Assembly: GCF_009834535.1 (NCBI RefSeq)
Contig: NC_045697.1
Coordinates: forward strand, 56,608,001 to 56,672,000
Direction: 5' to 3'
Origin: Camelus ferus
Lineage: Eukaryota
Length of the DNA stretch: 64,000 nucleotides
Below the pieces are notes generated by a model. The model searched no databases and had not been told where the DNA came from. It was given only the letters and a program-made list of their open reading frames with translations. Positions 50,131 to 63,990 of the stretch are shown here, piece after piece (the stretch's first letter is position 1; every line of letters starts with the position of its first letter). The position numbers were made by a program, and so were the translations under genes.

Positions 50131-53100
50131 AACAAGAAATATGATTTAGAAGGTGCCTCCAAAACCAAGTGGAACCTTAAATATGCTGTAGTAGAATCTA
50201 AGGAAATGCATAATAGCTCCATTAACAATGGATTAGAGAAAAACTTTACATAGTCTACCTTTTCTTTGTTATTATAAACGTATATACAGTATTACAAAAT
50301 CTAGTAACATCTTTTCAGTCTCAATATGTCCTACCATAATCACCCTATTTAGTGCAGCAGTTAGCTCCCTACTACAAGCTCCTAGAGCCTTCTAGCTCCA
50401 TATACTACTTCTTATTTTTTCCAAAACATGGTTGAAATCTAAAGTGTATTTTGCCATTTGTATACATAATGTAAGGCATTCAAGTCAACATAGGTAAGCT
50501 GTCTTCGACATTGAGTAAAAAATCCATCATAGAACTCTGCATACCCTCTGGAATTCTTCTAGACTGTGAGTTATTTTTAGTATCTTCCACACCTTTTGCT
50601 CCCTCTGTCCCCAAACCACTGACCTCCTCCCTTCAGCGTGACCCTCTGGGCTTCACAGTGCAGTATTTATAAGCCACCTCCAACAAATTAATAGTTGAAT
50701 GTAACAATAGTAATACAGCACAGCACTAATAGTTACTAAGAATACATTCCAAAACCTCAAATAGATGATCTTTTTCTTGGAACTCTCTTCATTTCCACCA
50801 TGACCACCACCCGGAAGCTTTCTTTTTAAGGCGTGTTTTACACAATGGTAATGCACTCAAGATGATGGCAGAGATACAATGAGGATTGTTTCCTCTAGGC
50901 ATTGCAGTCTTGAAAGCAGAGAAGATACCAGTTTTTGCTCACCATTTTACTTCTCTCATATCATATGCTGCTTGCAGATGGTGTGTAGAGTAAATGCATC
51001 CTAGGAAATTTATTTGGCTCTATACACTAGCTAGGTTAGTGGTTCAAGTAGTCACCTCTGTGGTATTACCAATGTAAAATCATGCCATGCTCTTTCGGGA
51101 CTGCAGTGGATAGTCCAATTCACAGACATCAAATACACAAAACCTGTAGACCTACTTTAATTGACATATATAACATATTCATATATGTTAATGTGTAACT
51201 TAATTGTCAGGTGTATCTAAAGACACGCCCTAGTCCTAGAATGGACTGAAATAAATTGTCAAGGAATAAAAAGAAAAGGAAAGGAAAGAAACAAACAGCA
51301 ACAAACACTCCCAAGACGTGTTTTCTTTCCAAGCCCAGCTATTGAAAGTAAGTATTTAATTCCACTAAACATGAACATGATGAGTTCAAGTAACTGTCTC
51401 CAACAGCATATTCAATCCTTTTACACGTACACCTTGGGGGGATTCCAGCCCATCTTTAATTAATTTAATTAGAAACAATTTTGTCAATTAACCTGATAAA
51501 ATGGAGCTACCTATGGGCTGTCTGCTTATGTGCTCAAGAGCCCTGCTTCCTGGCTCCTGCCTTTTGAAAAACCAACTGCTAATTATTTGCCAAATTTGCA
51601 GGCAGTGCTTTTGTCAAGGGTAGTGTATCTGTTGAAGCTGTAACATGTTTTCAGCTGACGTTCAGAAATCCAGCATTTCTTGTCGAGCTGTATCTGTTGT
51701 ATGTTGTAACCTCTGCATGTCTTCATTTTCACATGCTCATGAGAAGTGTTAGACTGGGTATATCATGTCAGTAACATTTTCTATGGTTAATTAGAAGAAC
51801 TAATAAATATCAGTCCTACCATGTTAGAAATTGTTTCTCTGCCAACATAAACACAGACACACACAGTTACTGCTGCACCAGCCACATCATTTAATATCAC
51901 TGTGAATAAAACCTTTGGTGTACATTTACTATTCTTTTTCATATAGCTGAAGAATTATTTGAAACTCAAATATTCAACCAATGACAAAAGCAGCAAGACA
52001 TAGTTTTTTGTATTAATTACTGTCCTGGCAGGATGAAGAGGAGCCATAGAAAGGAATCAAATATTTCTGGTAATAAAGGCACAAGTTTAGCCATCATATT
52101 TTTGCCATTAGCAAATATCTAAATTTCCATTTAATGGCTTAGGAAAGAGGTGGCAAAGATCAATAAGAATGAGCTAATGATAAAAACAAAATATAGACGT
52201 TTCAAAACAAAGCATTTTTCTCTAAAAGACACTGTTTATTAATCGAATTTCTATGAATGCTAGAACATGCTAGGAAAGTAATATCAACTTGGCTCAAGCT
52301 ATATGTGTAGAAAGTCAAGGTACAGTTATATATAAACACAGATATATATCTAATTTTAATATTTCTAATATATGCATATGTTTGTAATCATCCTCAAATA
52401 GTACTTTGAAGTCCTTGGAATAGAAGGAGTATGTATATCCAATTAACAGTAACCCTTTTAATGTATTTAATGTTAAATTGCAAATTGAGGAGTAGAGGAT
52501 GATAAAGAAAGAATGTAATATTTCAAAATTCCTAGAAACACAGTCAAAATTCCATGACACCTTTCTAAAATATTAGGCAAATTATCAATTGATTAACCTG
52601 CCCTTGATTTTATATTTTTATTAGATGTGTTTACATAGAGTAAGTTGCATACATTTTATGTAAATTTATTACATGTACATCATTACATACACACATATGC
52701 ACATGCACATGTAATCCTTTCCAGTGATAAAACATAACTCTCTTTTTTAATACTAGTGATTGAGTCATGGTAATTTCTTGAAGAAAAAAAACACTGATCT
52801 GATTCAAGTAGGAAGAGTACTCAGGAGTGTTTTACAGGAGTCATTTTGGGATAAAAGATTAAAATATTGAGGCCTGATGAACAGGGGATACGATAGAAAG
52901 GGAGGGGGAGAAGAGGGAAAGGAAGGGGGTAAGCAAAAGACCGACTTCGACAGCTGTTACACCAGATGCTTTAAACAAAAGTGATTGAGATTGGCAGAAT
53001 TGGAGAACAGCTTTGCAGTAAAATTATGCAAAATGGGTAAATTGAGCCAAAAGCTTTTATGTTGGCAAAAATAAATTCCTTCAATTACTTTTAAGACTAA

Positions 53101-56100
53101 AAGCTTAATATATAGAAGATCCCAAAGCTAGATAACACATGAGAACTAACAATAAAGAATGTGGAAAACATGACTCCAAAATGTGATTGTATGAAAAAGA
53201 ACTATGAATCCATCACTTTTATCAATTATTGTTGATTCTTCAACATGATTTATATGCTGATCAGTGTATAACAAAATCACAGAGAATCACTTAGGGAAAT
53301 AAAAGAAACAAGGAGTGATGAAAACTACTGAACCTAATGTAAAAGATCATTTAAACAAATGCTTAAAGATCTTGCCAACCAACAATGATGGTAGCATGCA
53401 TTCATATTAAATATGTTTATACCTAGTGCTTTCCATCATAAAATCAAAGAATTCTATGGCTACAAACAACAAATCCAAAACTTCAATTCTAGCAAGAAAA
53501 TTATATTGAACTGTTAAATAAATCCCACTAAAATTAGTGTATTTTACAAAGCCTATTGCTGCCTATTTTTATTGTAATTGTTTCATTTGAAATAAAAGTG
53601 TTTAGAGCAAGTCATTGCTTTTAACTAAAAGAAGCCACTAGCCTTATTTCTTAATTTTAATTACCAAATGTCTAGAATCAGTAAAGAAATAGTACTTTCA
53701 ATGTTTCCCAGTTGGTTTTTCTTTTTTTTTCAGAATGGTAAATTATAAAGACCTATGTGAGTCTTTTGCATTTCCTTCCTTACCTTAGTCCTCAGATCTA
53801 CAAACTTTAGAATGAGTTATCAAACTTTATTTGATACTGTGGAGCTATTAAAAATATAATTTCTTTAATCCAGTCTATTAATTCAGCAGATCTGGTGTAG
53901 GTCCCAGGTATCAGAAACCTGAATTTTTGAAGATCTCTTAGGAATTGTATGCATGTTTTCCACAAACTGTTTTTGGTGTTAAAACAGTGGTCTAGACCAC
54001 ACTGCATCTATCTGAAGGCTCCGTTTTCCTTAGGATCTAAGTCTCTGAAGAACCTACTCTTCCATGGTATTATTTAAAAATAAAAGAATATTACCTCAGT
54101 ATCAAGATGACTTCTATATTATATTGCCAAGCATTCATTTCTAAGACATGATACTACTCAAGTGCCTTGATGCATGAGGAAGCTTTTCATCTAGATGTTG
54201 CTTTCAGATTTATGGAATATTAAATAAGTACCTAATATTATACTCATCAATACTCGTGGGATCATTACTTTACAAAATTTTATTATTATACAACTAATAA
54301 ATGTTACGGTAATTATTTCAAATAAAGAAAAGTATGTATTGAAAAAAGACTCCAAGCCATATTCCCCCAACTAGGTCTTTTGTCTTATGATAACCACTAT
54401 ATGAATGTAATCAGGATGTCTGTGCTGAAAACTATTTTTTCACTTAAAAACATGTTTTGGATATATAGCTATACCATTATAATTAATTATATCTCATTCT
54501 CTTTAATTCTCCATCCCATTCAATTTTATGGTTATAATATTAATTTTTTCATCTTCCCTCTTTTGTGGTTATTTATGTTATCTCCTCTTACTTTTCTCTC
54601 TTAAATACACAAAGTTGCAAACCACAGCACTTCCATATATCTTTATGAATTCATAAACAGATTTTTAAAATGTATTCTAAAAATTGAAGTTGCATCAAAC
54701 ATATTCTTTTGATAGAAATGACCAAATTGTTCTATTAAAAAAAAATCCTATAATGGGTGAGCATTTCCCCCCAGTGTATTCTGAGCCAAGTATTATGGCC
54801 ATTTGAATCTTTGCTTTTGCCAACTTCATAGGTGAAAAACTGTGACATCTTTTACTATTTACATTTCTCCAGTTATGAAACTTTTATGCCATAGGACTAT
54901 TATTATAGTTATTTTAATAGTTTAAATTATGGTTTAGTTATTTTAATTTTTTTTCTATCTGTTCATATATGCTTTTCAAAATTTTGAGATTTTTTTTCTT
55001 GTGAATTTTAAGTGTTCTTTATATCAGGACATTCATATTTTAGTATATTTTGTGAATTTGTAAAGAGTTATCAGGAGGTTAAGTACTAAGGTGCTGAGAG
55101 CATGAAATTCTTAGTTTCTGCAGACATGGAGGAGAAAAGGGTTACATTTTGGGAGGGAGGTTTTTATGAAAAGAAAAGTGAAGACTTAAATGACCATGTC
55201 ACACATTTACCTTGAACTAGTGTTGTATCCAGAAGGGGAAATTTCCCCCCAATTCTCTTTTAACAAGAGGTAGGGGCAGCACTTAATTTCAGCCTTTTTT
55301 CCAGTGAAAACAAGCGAACACATCTAATGTCTATGGTAGTCAAGGCTGGCTCTGTGTGCCCCTAAATATCCAGTTGGAATTGTGTAGGAAATTTCAATCC
55401 CTGATAGATCAGACTACTACCTAGAAGGGAACCATTTCTTTTTTTCTGCTTTTTGGTAGTGAGTTTTGATTTTTGTAATCACACCACTATTATTTTGTTA
55501 TCCTTTGCTAGCATTATCAGTTGACACTTAATATCATTGCTTTTGAAATCTGTTACTTTATTGCTAATTAGAATTGATAACAGTAGTAGTGACCTACAAG
55601 TGCTGTGTTAGGTGTTCTTGATACTTAAGTTCCAGTTTCTCTCACTTTCACGGTAAACCTCTGTGGTGCTGTAGGAGCTGGTGATTTATGCACAATCCCT
55701 TGTTACATACCTGTGATAAAGTAGTCTGAGCCATTCCTGGGCCAAGAATTTAGAAGTATTCTCAGACTGTCACAATTAAATACAACTTTGATTAACTTGC
55801 AGCTAGTGTTTAAATATTACAGATCTCACTGTAAAACACTTAGTCTGGGGATAACTTGACGTTTATGAACTCTGTGAGATATCCAACTAGCCAAATCCAA
55901 TTTAATGGGTTTTTACATAAGAAAGGTAATCTAATATACAAGTAAACCACAGGGAATTCATACCTTACAGACTAATACATCATAGTGGAAGTGTGTTTCA
56001 CTGTTTTTTCTGGCTATATTCCCTCTAGTCAATCTTAGTCCTGTGCAGGAGCCTTTCTAAGCTACCGAAATCTCACTCCATTTATAGGTCCCAAACTTTA

Positions 56101-58035
56101 ATTCTCAGATGATTTTGAATGTCATAGATTGTCTATTCAAAGTATGACACCTAAGAAATAAATGACCATACAAGCTGGCTGGGTGCTATTGAATGTAATC
56201 CTTAACGGAGAAAGACAGTGGGGTGAACACTCTGATTTCATGGAGTTCTTGGGTGCTGGCAAAAGACCGTATTTGCTCTTGAGAAGTCTTGTGTTCTCTT
56301 GAACATACTAGTCCTGTGGTGTGGTCCTTTCTCATCTCCCTCCTATAATCAATAGGTTCTGAACAGAGTAGGAAAATATTGACCAAGTATACATTCACAT
56401 CTTTAGTCCAATGCTTAGGTGTGTATCTTTTAAATTTTAATTATCAAGATCTTCTTTCCTCATTTCCTCCTTCATGATTGTCTTTCCCCCACAAAGCAGT
56501 GATTAATTAATGTCTGGCTATTCAGACTGGGAAATCAGGATGAAAAATCTTTAGTACTCAAGTGAAGATGTTTGATGAATACAAGGACAGAGAATATTAT
56601 TGTGGTTGGTATTTTGAAATATTTTGCCATCACAAACAGAATGCAAAATATACAAGTTTTTAGTGAAGGTACAGCCAAATGTACATGGGAAGGAGTAAGG
56701 AGTCAAGGAAAAATTCACATATAGGGTGACAGTTTAACACAAAGGGTATAGGGCCAAAGGTTCTCATATATTTATAGTAGAAGTGAAAATCAGTACAACA
56801 TTTTTAGCATGATACTTAGCAAGATCAAAAGTAAAGTATTTTTCATTTCGGGTCAATTTATGTATTGTGCTTAGGTGAAAATCTTCCCAGAATTGTATTT
56901 ATTTTTTGACTTGTCTTCAGAATTACTGCAAAACTATTTTTCTCAATTAGTCTTCATGAGATTGATACTGCACTAAATAGGTTTTTTTGTTAGTTTTTTA
57001 AAAGCTCTTTATTAATGAATTCCTAAATCTATTAAACTGTGATCAGAGACTAAATCTTGTGTTATTTTCATCTCTTATCGGATAAACTTATGTTTTATAG
57101 GCATTAAAAAGGTACATTAATTTTAGGATGTAAAATCTCATCTTTTAGGTATCTATAACCAAATATTGATTTATATACATACAAACACAATTTTATCATA
57201 TTGTTCACATTATCCAAATATTCTGTACTTGATGAATTTTCACCTACTTATCTGTCATTGACTTCTAGTGATACAACAGCTCGAAGTAAAATTAAGTTTT
57301 GATGTATTCTTCATTAATTCACTTGAATATGTTGACATGTGGTTTTACCTATAAGGATTTGTATAAATTGGTTTTTATTTTAATTTACATTATTATGTTA
57401 AATTACTTTGTTATATAATGAACTAATTTTTATTTTGAAATCCATTGTCCTTGAGACTAGTAATGACTCCTCCATTTTTATTTGTATTTACATAATATAT
57501 TTTGCTCATGCTCAATGAAATATAGATGTAGATGTGTTATTGTGAGCCTATCATTAGGTTTTATTTTTACGTTAAATGAAACTATTTTCTTTTCATTTTA
57601 AGAGAAGGCCATGTCATTTATATTTGTTGAAAGAGGTGATCTTTTTTTTATGTTTTCATTTATTTATTTAAATTTTCTTCTCATCCTAATATTTCATTGA
57701 CATTTTTGTTCTTTTTTTTTCCCTGAATACACAGAAAATAAAATTCTTAAGAGATTGAAGCTAATCTTTGCTTTGGGGTCAGTGCTTTATGGAAATTTCA
57801 CTGTGGCACTCTAACATGTCTTAGCAAGTGTATTGTCTGGTTCAAAATGGGGACATTCTCAGTCTCATGCTCATATGATTCTGTTCTTGAAGGTAGAAAA
57901 TATAAAATCTGGTAAATCAATTTACTTTTAGAAAAATATAGAAGCAGATGCTAAAAGTTCATGTCTTATTCCTTCCTAATAACTTAAATGTCAGTTTAAG
58001 AAATTACTTTTCCCCTGCTTAGAATTTTTTCACAC

Positions 58036-58200
58036 CAGTCATTCTCAACCAGGGAAAATGGTTCCCTGAGAATGCTTATTGATATCTGGAGACATTTTTG
58101 CTCTTCAGGACTGGTGGAAGAGTGCTCCTGGCATTTAGTGAGTAGAGGCCGGGGGAGCTGGTAAATGTTCTGCATTGCACAGGGCAGTAAGAAATTATTT
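58036..58200 (+). mobile_element. MER20 (hAT-Charlie) fragment
   Basis: cagtcattctcaaccaggg...atctggagacatttttg...tgctcctggcatttagtgagtagaggcc...tgcacagggcag. Confidence 0.7.
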
Positions 58201-58213
58201 GGATCTTTCCCCC

Positions 58214-58596
58214 TGTTATGGACTGAATTGTATGACCCTAAAATTCATATGCTCAAGTCTTAATTCCCAGTACCTCAGAATGTAACTATATTTGAAGAAA
58301 AGTCCTTTCTAGTAGGCAATTAAGGTAAAGTGAGATCATATGGGCAGGCTGTAATCTAATATGATGGGTGTCCTCATAAGAGGAGATTAGGACACAGATA
58401 CACACAGAGGTAAAACCATGTGAAGACACTGGAAGAAGATGGCCACTATTAGCCAAGGAGACAGGGCATTAGAAGAAACCAACCCTGCTGATACCTTGAT
58501 CTTAGATGTCTAGACTCCAGAAGTGTGAGGCGATAAAGTTGTTGCAGCCACCCAGTCTATGGGTCTTTGTCATGACAGCTCTAGCAAACTCATACA
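58214..58596 (+). mobile_element. MLT1B-like MaLR solo LTR
   Basis: tgttatggactgaattgt...cccagtacctcagaatgt...gagattaggacacaga...gaagatggcca...ctctagcaaactcataca; 5-bp flanks ccccc/ccctc (TSD with one mismatch). Confidence 0.85.
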
Positions 58597-58631
58597 CCCT
58601 CCCTGTAACCGGATCCCCTTGCCATGCAACT

Positions 58632-58780
58632 TTTTTTTTTTTACCACCTTTATTGTGATATAATTCCTGTACAGTAAACTACATATATTTCAGATGAACA
58701 ATTTGATGAATTTTGATAGATGTATATACCTGTGAAACCACCACCACAAACAAGATAGCGAACATTTCCATCACTCCCCA
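58632..58780 (-). mobile_element. L1MB-type extreme 3' end
   Basis: Poly-T followed by ctttattgtgatataatt...aatttgatgaattttga...gtgaaaccaccaccaca...aacatttccatcactccc. Confidence 0.7.
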
Positions 58781-59165
58781 AGAGGTGCAACTCTGAGTGC
58801 CTTCCCATGGGCTTGCTTTGGCTAATGTGATATTAATAAACATGATTTAGCAGAAACCTGGAGAGATCTAGTGCATGAGGCTTGTGCATGTTGCTGCTCT
58901 TGGGAGCCACATGCCTGTCCTCATGTGAACAACACTGGGCCAGTTTGCTGATGATGAGAGACATACGGCTCAGCAACACTCCCCCACCATCCGCTAGTCC
59001 ATTCCCCCAGCCCCAGCCAACAATCATCTCATATCCAGAAATGGAGTCACTTTGATGAGGAGAGTATTGCTCAGCTAAGCACAGTGCAAATTACTAACCC
59101 TCAGAATCTTGAGTTTAATCTTGAGTTAAATCATGGTTTGTTATGACAGCCAAAGCTAATTGCCA
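58781..59165 (+). mobile_element. Older MLT1 (G/H-like) LTR, host of the two preceding insertions
   Basis: cttgctttggctaatg...gcagaaacctggag...catgtgaacaacactgggccagtttgctgatgatgagagacat...gtttgttatgacagccaaagctaattgcca. Confidence 0.55.
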
Positions 59166-60329
59166 GGTCATCAATTAAAAAAAAAATGTACAAGTTAAGG
59201 ATCAGTTTTCTTAGATTTTAGAATTTTTCCTGCAGCGAAAGTTAGATCCCTTTTTTATTATTCTGACCAGGAAAAGTCTACCAGTTACTATTACCATTAG
59301 TGGGACTGGACATTTTTCTTAGTCCTTTATTGTAAATCTAATAATTTTCTTGCGACTACAGGTTTCAGCAAATGTAGGCCTGTAGCCCAAAGCCATTAGA
59401 CTGTGATATTATCAAGGGTAAAATAGGATGCCTTCAGTACTTACATAAGTGCTAAGCTAAACTCAAAAGACTGCTTATAACAAAAGTTTTGGGAGTATAT
59501 TTTTCGGTATCGTTTATTATAGTGCACTGGACACAGGGTAGTATATTGCACCTATAAATCAGTTGTAGCAAATTATTTAATGATGCATTAACTGTAGAAT
59601 TTCACATATATTACCATTCTTTAGCCAATGTTGAGTGCTTTTTCAATAGTTTAATCCATCCCTGAAGTACTGGAGCATGCATGGTCATCCATCATTACAG
59701 GACACATAGTTTGAACTGCAGTTTTCTTATATTCTTTTTATTTTATATTAAAGTAGCCCTATCAATAGTAAGTCAGATACTAGATGAGAACTGCCACTAA
59801 ATTTACACTTATATGTGTATGCAAAAAGTGTGTCCTTAATTCTTTTAAAAACTCATATCCTGTTTTATTTTTTATTGACTTGTTCTTTCTTCTCCCTCTG
59901 CTCTCTCTCCAGTGTACCTTTCAGGTAAAAAATTAAGCAAAGTAAAGCTGGGAGATAAATTTTTAAAAAATGACTTTAAAAATGACTTTAGATCTTATCA
60001 TAAGATATATTTAGATAGGGATAATTAAAATAACTTGAAAAAACAACATTAATTTGTTTCTTAGAAAATTTTGCATTATTAATTTTGTTGTTTGCATTAA
60101 TTTAATAAACCAAATAAATTCCACACACATCCCAGGTAGACAGTACGTAGAAAATGAATTACTGGTGCTTTCATTAAACAGGGAGGACTGAATATACTTA
60201 TTTATCCCTGCTCCCTCCTGAAATTTAACTAAAATGATGGTAATTAAATATGAAAGTTACTAGTCCAGAAGGAACCTTCAAAATTAAATCTGGGATTAGA
60301 GTTTTAATTTTGAAAGACTCAGTATATGG

Positions 60330-61135
60330 ATATTGCTTTCCTTCAAATGTTCACCCCAAAATCTTGGAGTTATCTTTAACTACTCTTTCCCTCAAAGCTC
60401 AGATAAAATCCATCAGCAAATCTTTTTAGCTCAAGTTTAAATTATATCTGACTTCTCACCATACCCATCATGATCCAACACACTATTACCTTTCACCTAG
60501 ATTATTATAATAGCTTTATAGCTAGTTTCCATTCTCATACCCTTATTCCTTCCTATTAATCAATAGTGAATCAAAAATGAAAATCAGATTATTAAAGCCA
60601 TCTTCTCAAAACACTCTAATGTGAAGAAATTCCATTGGGCAAAGTGCTAGTATGGCGTGGCTGATAAGGCCCCTTGTGATCTAACCCTCTGCTCTCTGAA
60701 TTCTACCTCTTTTCCTCTAGCTTACTCTGCTCCAATTCCTAGAACAGTCCAAGTAAGGTCCTTCCGTAGGTCTTTGAACGTACATGTCTCTCCATCTGAA
60801 ACACTCCTCTCTCACAGCTGTTCATACTTCCTTTTTTCAGGTTTCTCCTAGTTGTCTCCATAACAGCAATACCTTGTTTGGCCACCCAGCATGAAACAGC
60901 AACTACTGAACTACTCAGATGCCTTAACTCTTAAGTCTGAACTGTTTTTCTCCATAGCACTTAACAGCATGATCTTTATGCCTAGTTGTTTATTTTTGTC
61001 TGCCTTTCCATATTAGAATTTGACCTTCATGAGTACAGGGACTTTTTTTCAATTTGGTACATTGTACTTCACCCAGTATACAGAAGAGTACCTGGCATTT
61101 AAAAGTAAGGGTTAATAGAAGTTTGATGAATGACA
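60330..61135 (+). mobile_element. L2 3' region
   Basis: aaatcttggagttatctttaac...aatccatcagcaaatc...cacctagattattataatagc...ccttcatgagtacagggact...agagtacctggcat...ttgatgaatga. Confidence 0.7.
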
Positions 61136-62299
61136 AAATACATGATTACCTTGGAATATATCATACCTGAAAGGTTCTCTACAACTGAGATCTTTCACTC
61201 TGGAAATCTTTACTTTGACCTATTTCCTATTTTTGTCTTCTATTTTTTAAATTATTCCCTTCAAGCTTAAAAATTCTGCCTGCTCTTAAATCTCAACATC
61301 CCCAGTACATCAGTGGGCTCTGATTATTCTATCATTTTTTCTCATCTATTGGGTGTAGATACCAAGAAGAGACCCCATGGTTAGCCTTCTTAAAGGTGTT
61401 ATTATCAATAAATTCATACTACATTTTCATGTTAACTTGTGTTGAGTTCCCTCAATAATGATCAGACATAAGATATCACTACTATTGGCTTTCTATGCTT
61501 CTTTTGTCAAACTGCTAGTTATTGCTATAAAACTTCATGAAACTATACTCTGGATGTACTATGCATTTTCCTTTCTGTATGTCCTATATTCAAAATAATA
61601 TTAGCTCTTTCAGGCCACTAGAATAATACTGCTTGGTAAAGAGAGCATATGTTAGTTTTTAAAACATTGAACAATTCACTACAAATTATGATAATAAACT
61701 ATGTTTCTCCTTGACCTGCTTATTTTAAAAATAAGTTCTATTGCACAGATCTTGCTGTCTGCTTGGTACTTGATAATGATTCAAAAATTTTTTTAAAGGA
61801 ATGGCAATATAGTTGGTATGCTTCAATTAATATATTAATTCCCAAAGACACTCCTTTTTTACTGAGGACATTAATTTATGGAGAAGTACCTGATGTTGGC
61901 ACCTAAGTATCACCTATGTAAATAATGATACCTGTTTCATGATCTTGACACAAGTTCAAAAAAACAGACAAGGAGGTAAATAATACAGATCACTGAAAGT
62001 AAAGCAGCAGGTATTTTCAAACACTTCAATGAAGAATGAGAGAGAAGGAAAAAAAATGTACTCCATGGATTAGAACCAATCAAATTTGCACCGTTGCTTG
62101 ACATCACATACCATTGGTTCTCTTCTTCTGAGTTTCACCTATTTCTGCATGTTGATAGACCTTATCACAAATTGTAACTATAATCCTGTCATGATGGAAA
62201 ATCTTATTGTCACACTACAGAAATAGGCAGCATCTCAAACATGAGGAGTCTTAAAGACAAATAAACAGCAATGCTTCTTATATTCTAACTTGTGGTTTC

Positions 62300-63990
62300 C
62301 AGTCAATACAGTATAGCCCTCTTCTGGTCACTTTTCACTCATTTTAGAAGTAGACGTCATCATGTTCACTATTGTTTGAGTAGTCTGTCTGGAACTGCTG
62401 GGTCCTCTGGGACCAAGGTCCTGTCTACCTTCTTCCAGTGTGCCATGAACCTTACTTCCTATTATTAGGCCTTTGTTATCTCTTACCAAACCTGCTCAGT
62501 GCCAAATATATGCTTACATTGTCCTCTCATCATTACTTGATTCAATACCTTCCTGACCATTAACTGTCTCCTTGGCTTCTTTGTGGCATCATATCTTCAG
62601 GACCCTTACATTTCTGGACATATCAGTCTGTAGCCAATCCTGTGTCATGTCTTCTTGATTTTCTATTTTAATACTTTCTCTGAGTTTCATCTTTAAACTT
62701 ATTTTCCATTCTCCTGTTTTTCTTTTTCTCTCGGATGTGACCTCCTGCCTCTTAAAGGTAATCCTTTCACCTAATAACAGGTTTCCATTATTTCTTTTCT
62801 CCTCTAGAAAATTACTTTCTTCTCTTTTCTCTCTTTCCCTGTCCTTTAGTTCCTCTACCCCCAAAAACATAAGCATACCCACTACTTCTCTAAATAGAAA
62901 ATAATCTCTCTGAATTCAGCTGCTTACTTAATTATCTTGTGTTTATATAATTTCCAAATTTCTTGAAAGACACTCTGTCCTGATTTCTTCTCAAATATCA
63001 ATCCAGTCAGTCCTTAATACATCATAAAAGTCTATTTTCATCATTCTATTCCATATTTCAACAAATGCTCCTCTAAAAGTAGTCAGTATCCTTATTATTT
63101 CCAGATTATGAATGCCCATTGTTTAGTTCTTACCTTTTTCTATAGCATTTCAATTCTCTTATTTTTAACATTTCATTCCTTGGCTTTAATAGTCTACGTA
63201 CTTCTAGTTTTCTTATTTATTGGACCACTTTTTCTTATTCATCCCTTTGACACCTGTTCCTCTTTGTTATAGCATTCTTTTCTTAATCTGTGTTTTTATT
63301 ATTTATTTATTTATTTTTATTGAAGTATAGTTAGTTACAATGTGTCGATTTCTGGTGTACAGCATAATGTCCCAGTCATACATATATATACCTATATTTG
63401 CTTTGATATTCCTTTTCATTAAAGATTATAAGACACTGAATATAGTTCCCTCTGGTACACAGAAGAAATTTGGTTTTTGTCTATTTTTATATAATATGTG
63501 TTTTTAGTATTTTGTTTTAAATCCTTATTCTTCTCTTTACATTTTCTGTCTAATATATTTCATCAGTCCCTTAGCTGCATAGACAATAGTTGGAGATAGT
63601 GAACAAATGTGTCTATAATCACAATCATTTTTTCAAGTTCTATGAGTGGTTTCCATAGAATGCTGAAGATAATGACCTAAATATACAATGGAATGTCATA
63701 TTTATAATAACCAAATCCAAATTTGTCATTTTCCCACAAATGAACTCTTATCCCAACTCTACTCTTAGTAACTGGCAGGTCCAATATTATAATTACCCAG
63801 AATTAATATTTAGAAGTAATACTCTACTTTTTAAAGTTTGTCACATCATATATCCTAATAGTTGCCAAAAACCTGTGCATTCTGCGTTCTGTTAAATTCC
63901 CAGCACCCTGATCTAAGTTATTATTACCTTTTTGTTTGGTTGCTTAGATTCTCAAATAGTATTAGGGCCTCCAATATTTACTGCCCTGCC
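62300..63990 (+). mobile_element. Degraded L2 body, interrupted by a short L1
   Basis: Pyrimidine-rich L2-like text (caaatgctcctctaaaagtagtcagtatcctt..., ccaaatccaaatttgtcattttccc...); boundaries approximate. Confidence 0.45.
63299..63491 (-). mobile_element. Short 5'-truncated cetartiodactyl-type L1 3' end with 15-bp TSD
   Basis: (TTTA)n tail then ttgaagtatagttagttacaatgtgtcgatttctggtgtacagc; TSD taatctgtgttttta (63284-63298) / taatatgtgttttta (63492-63506), one mismatch. Confidence 0.85.
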
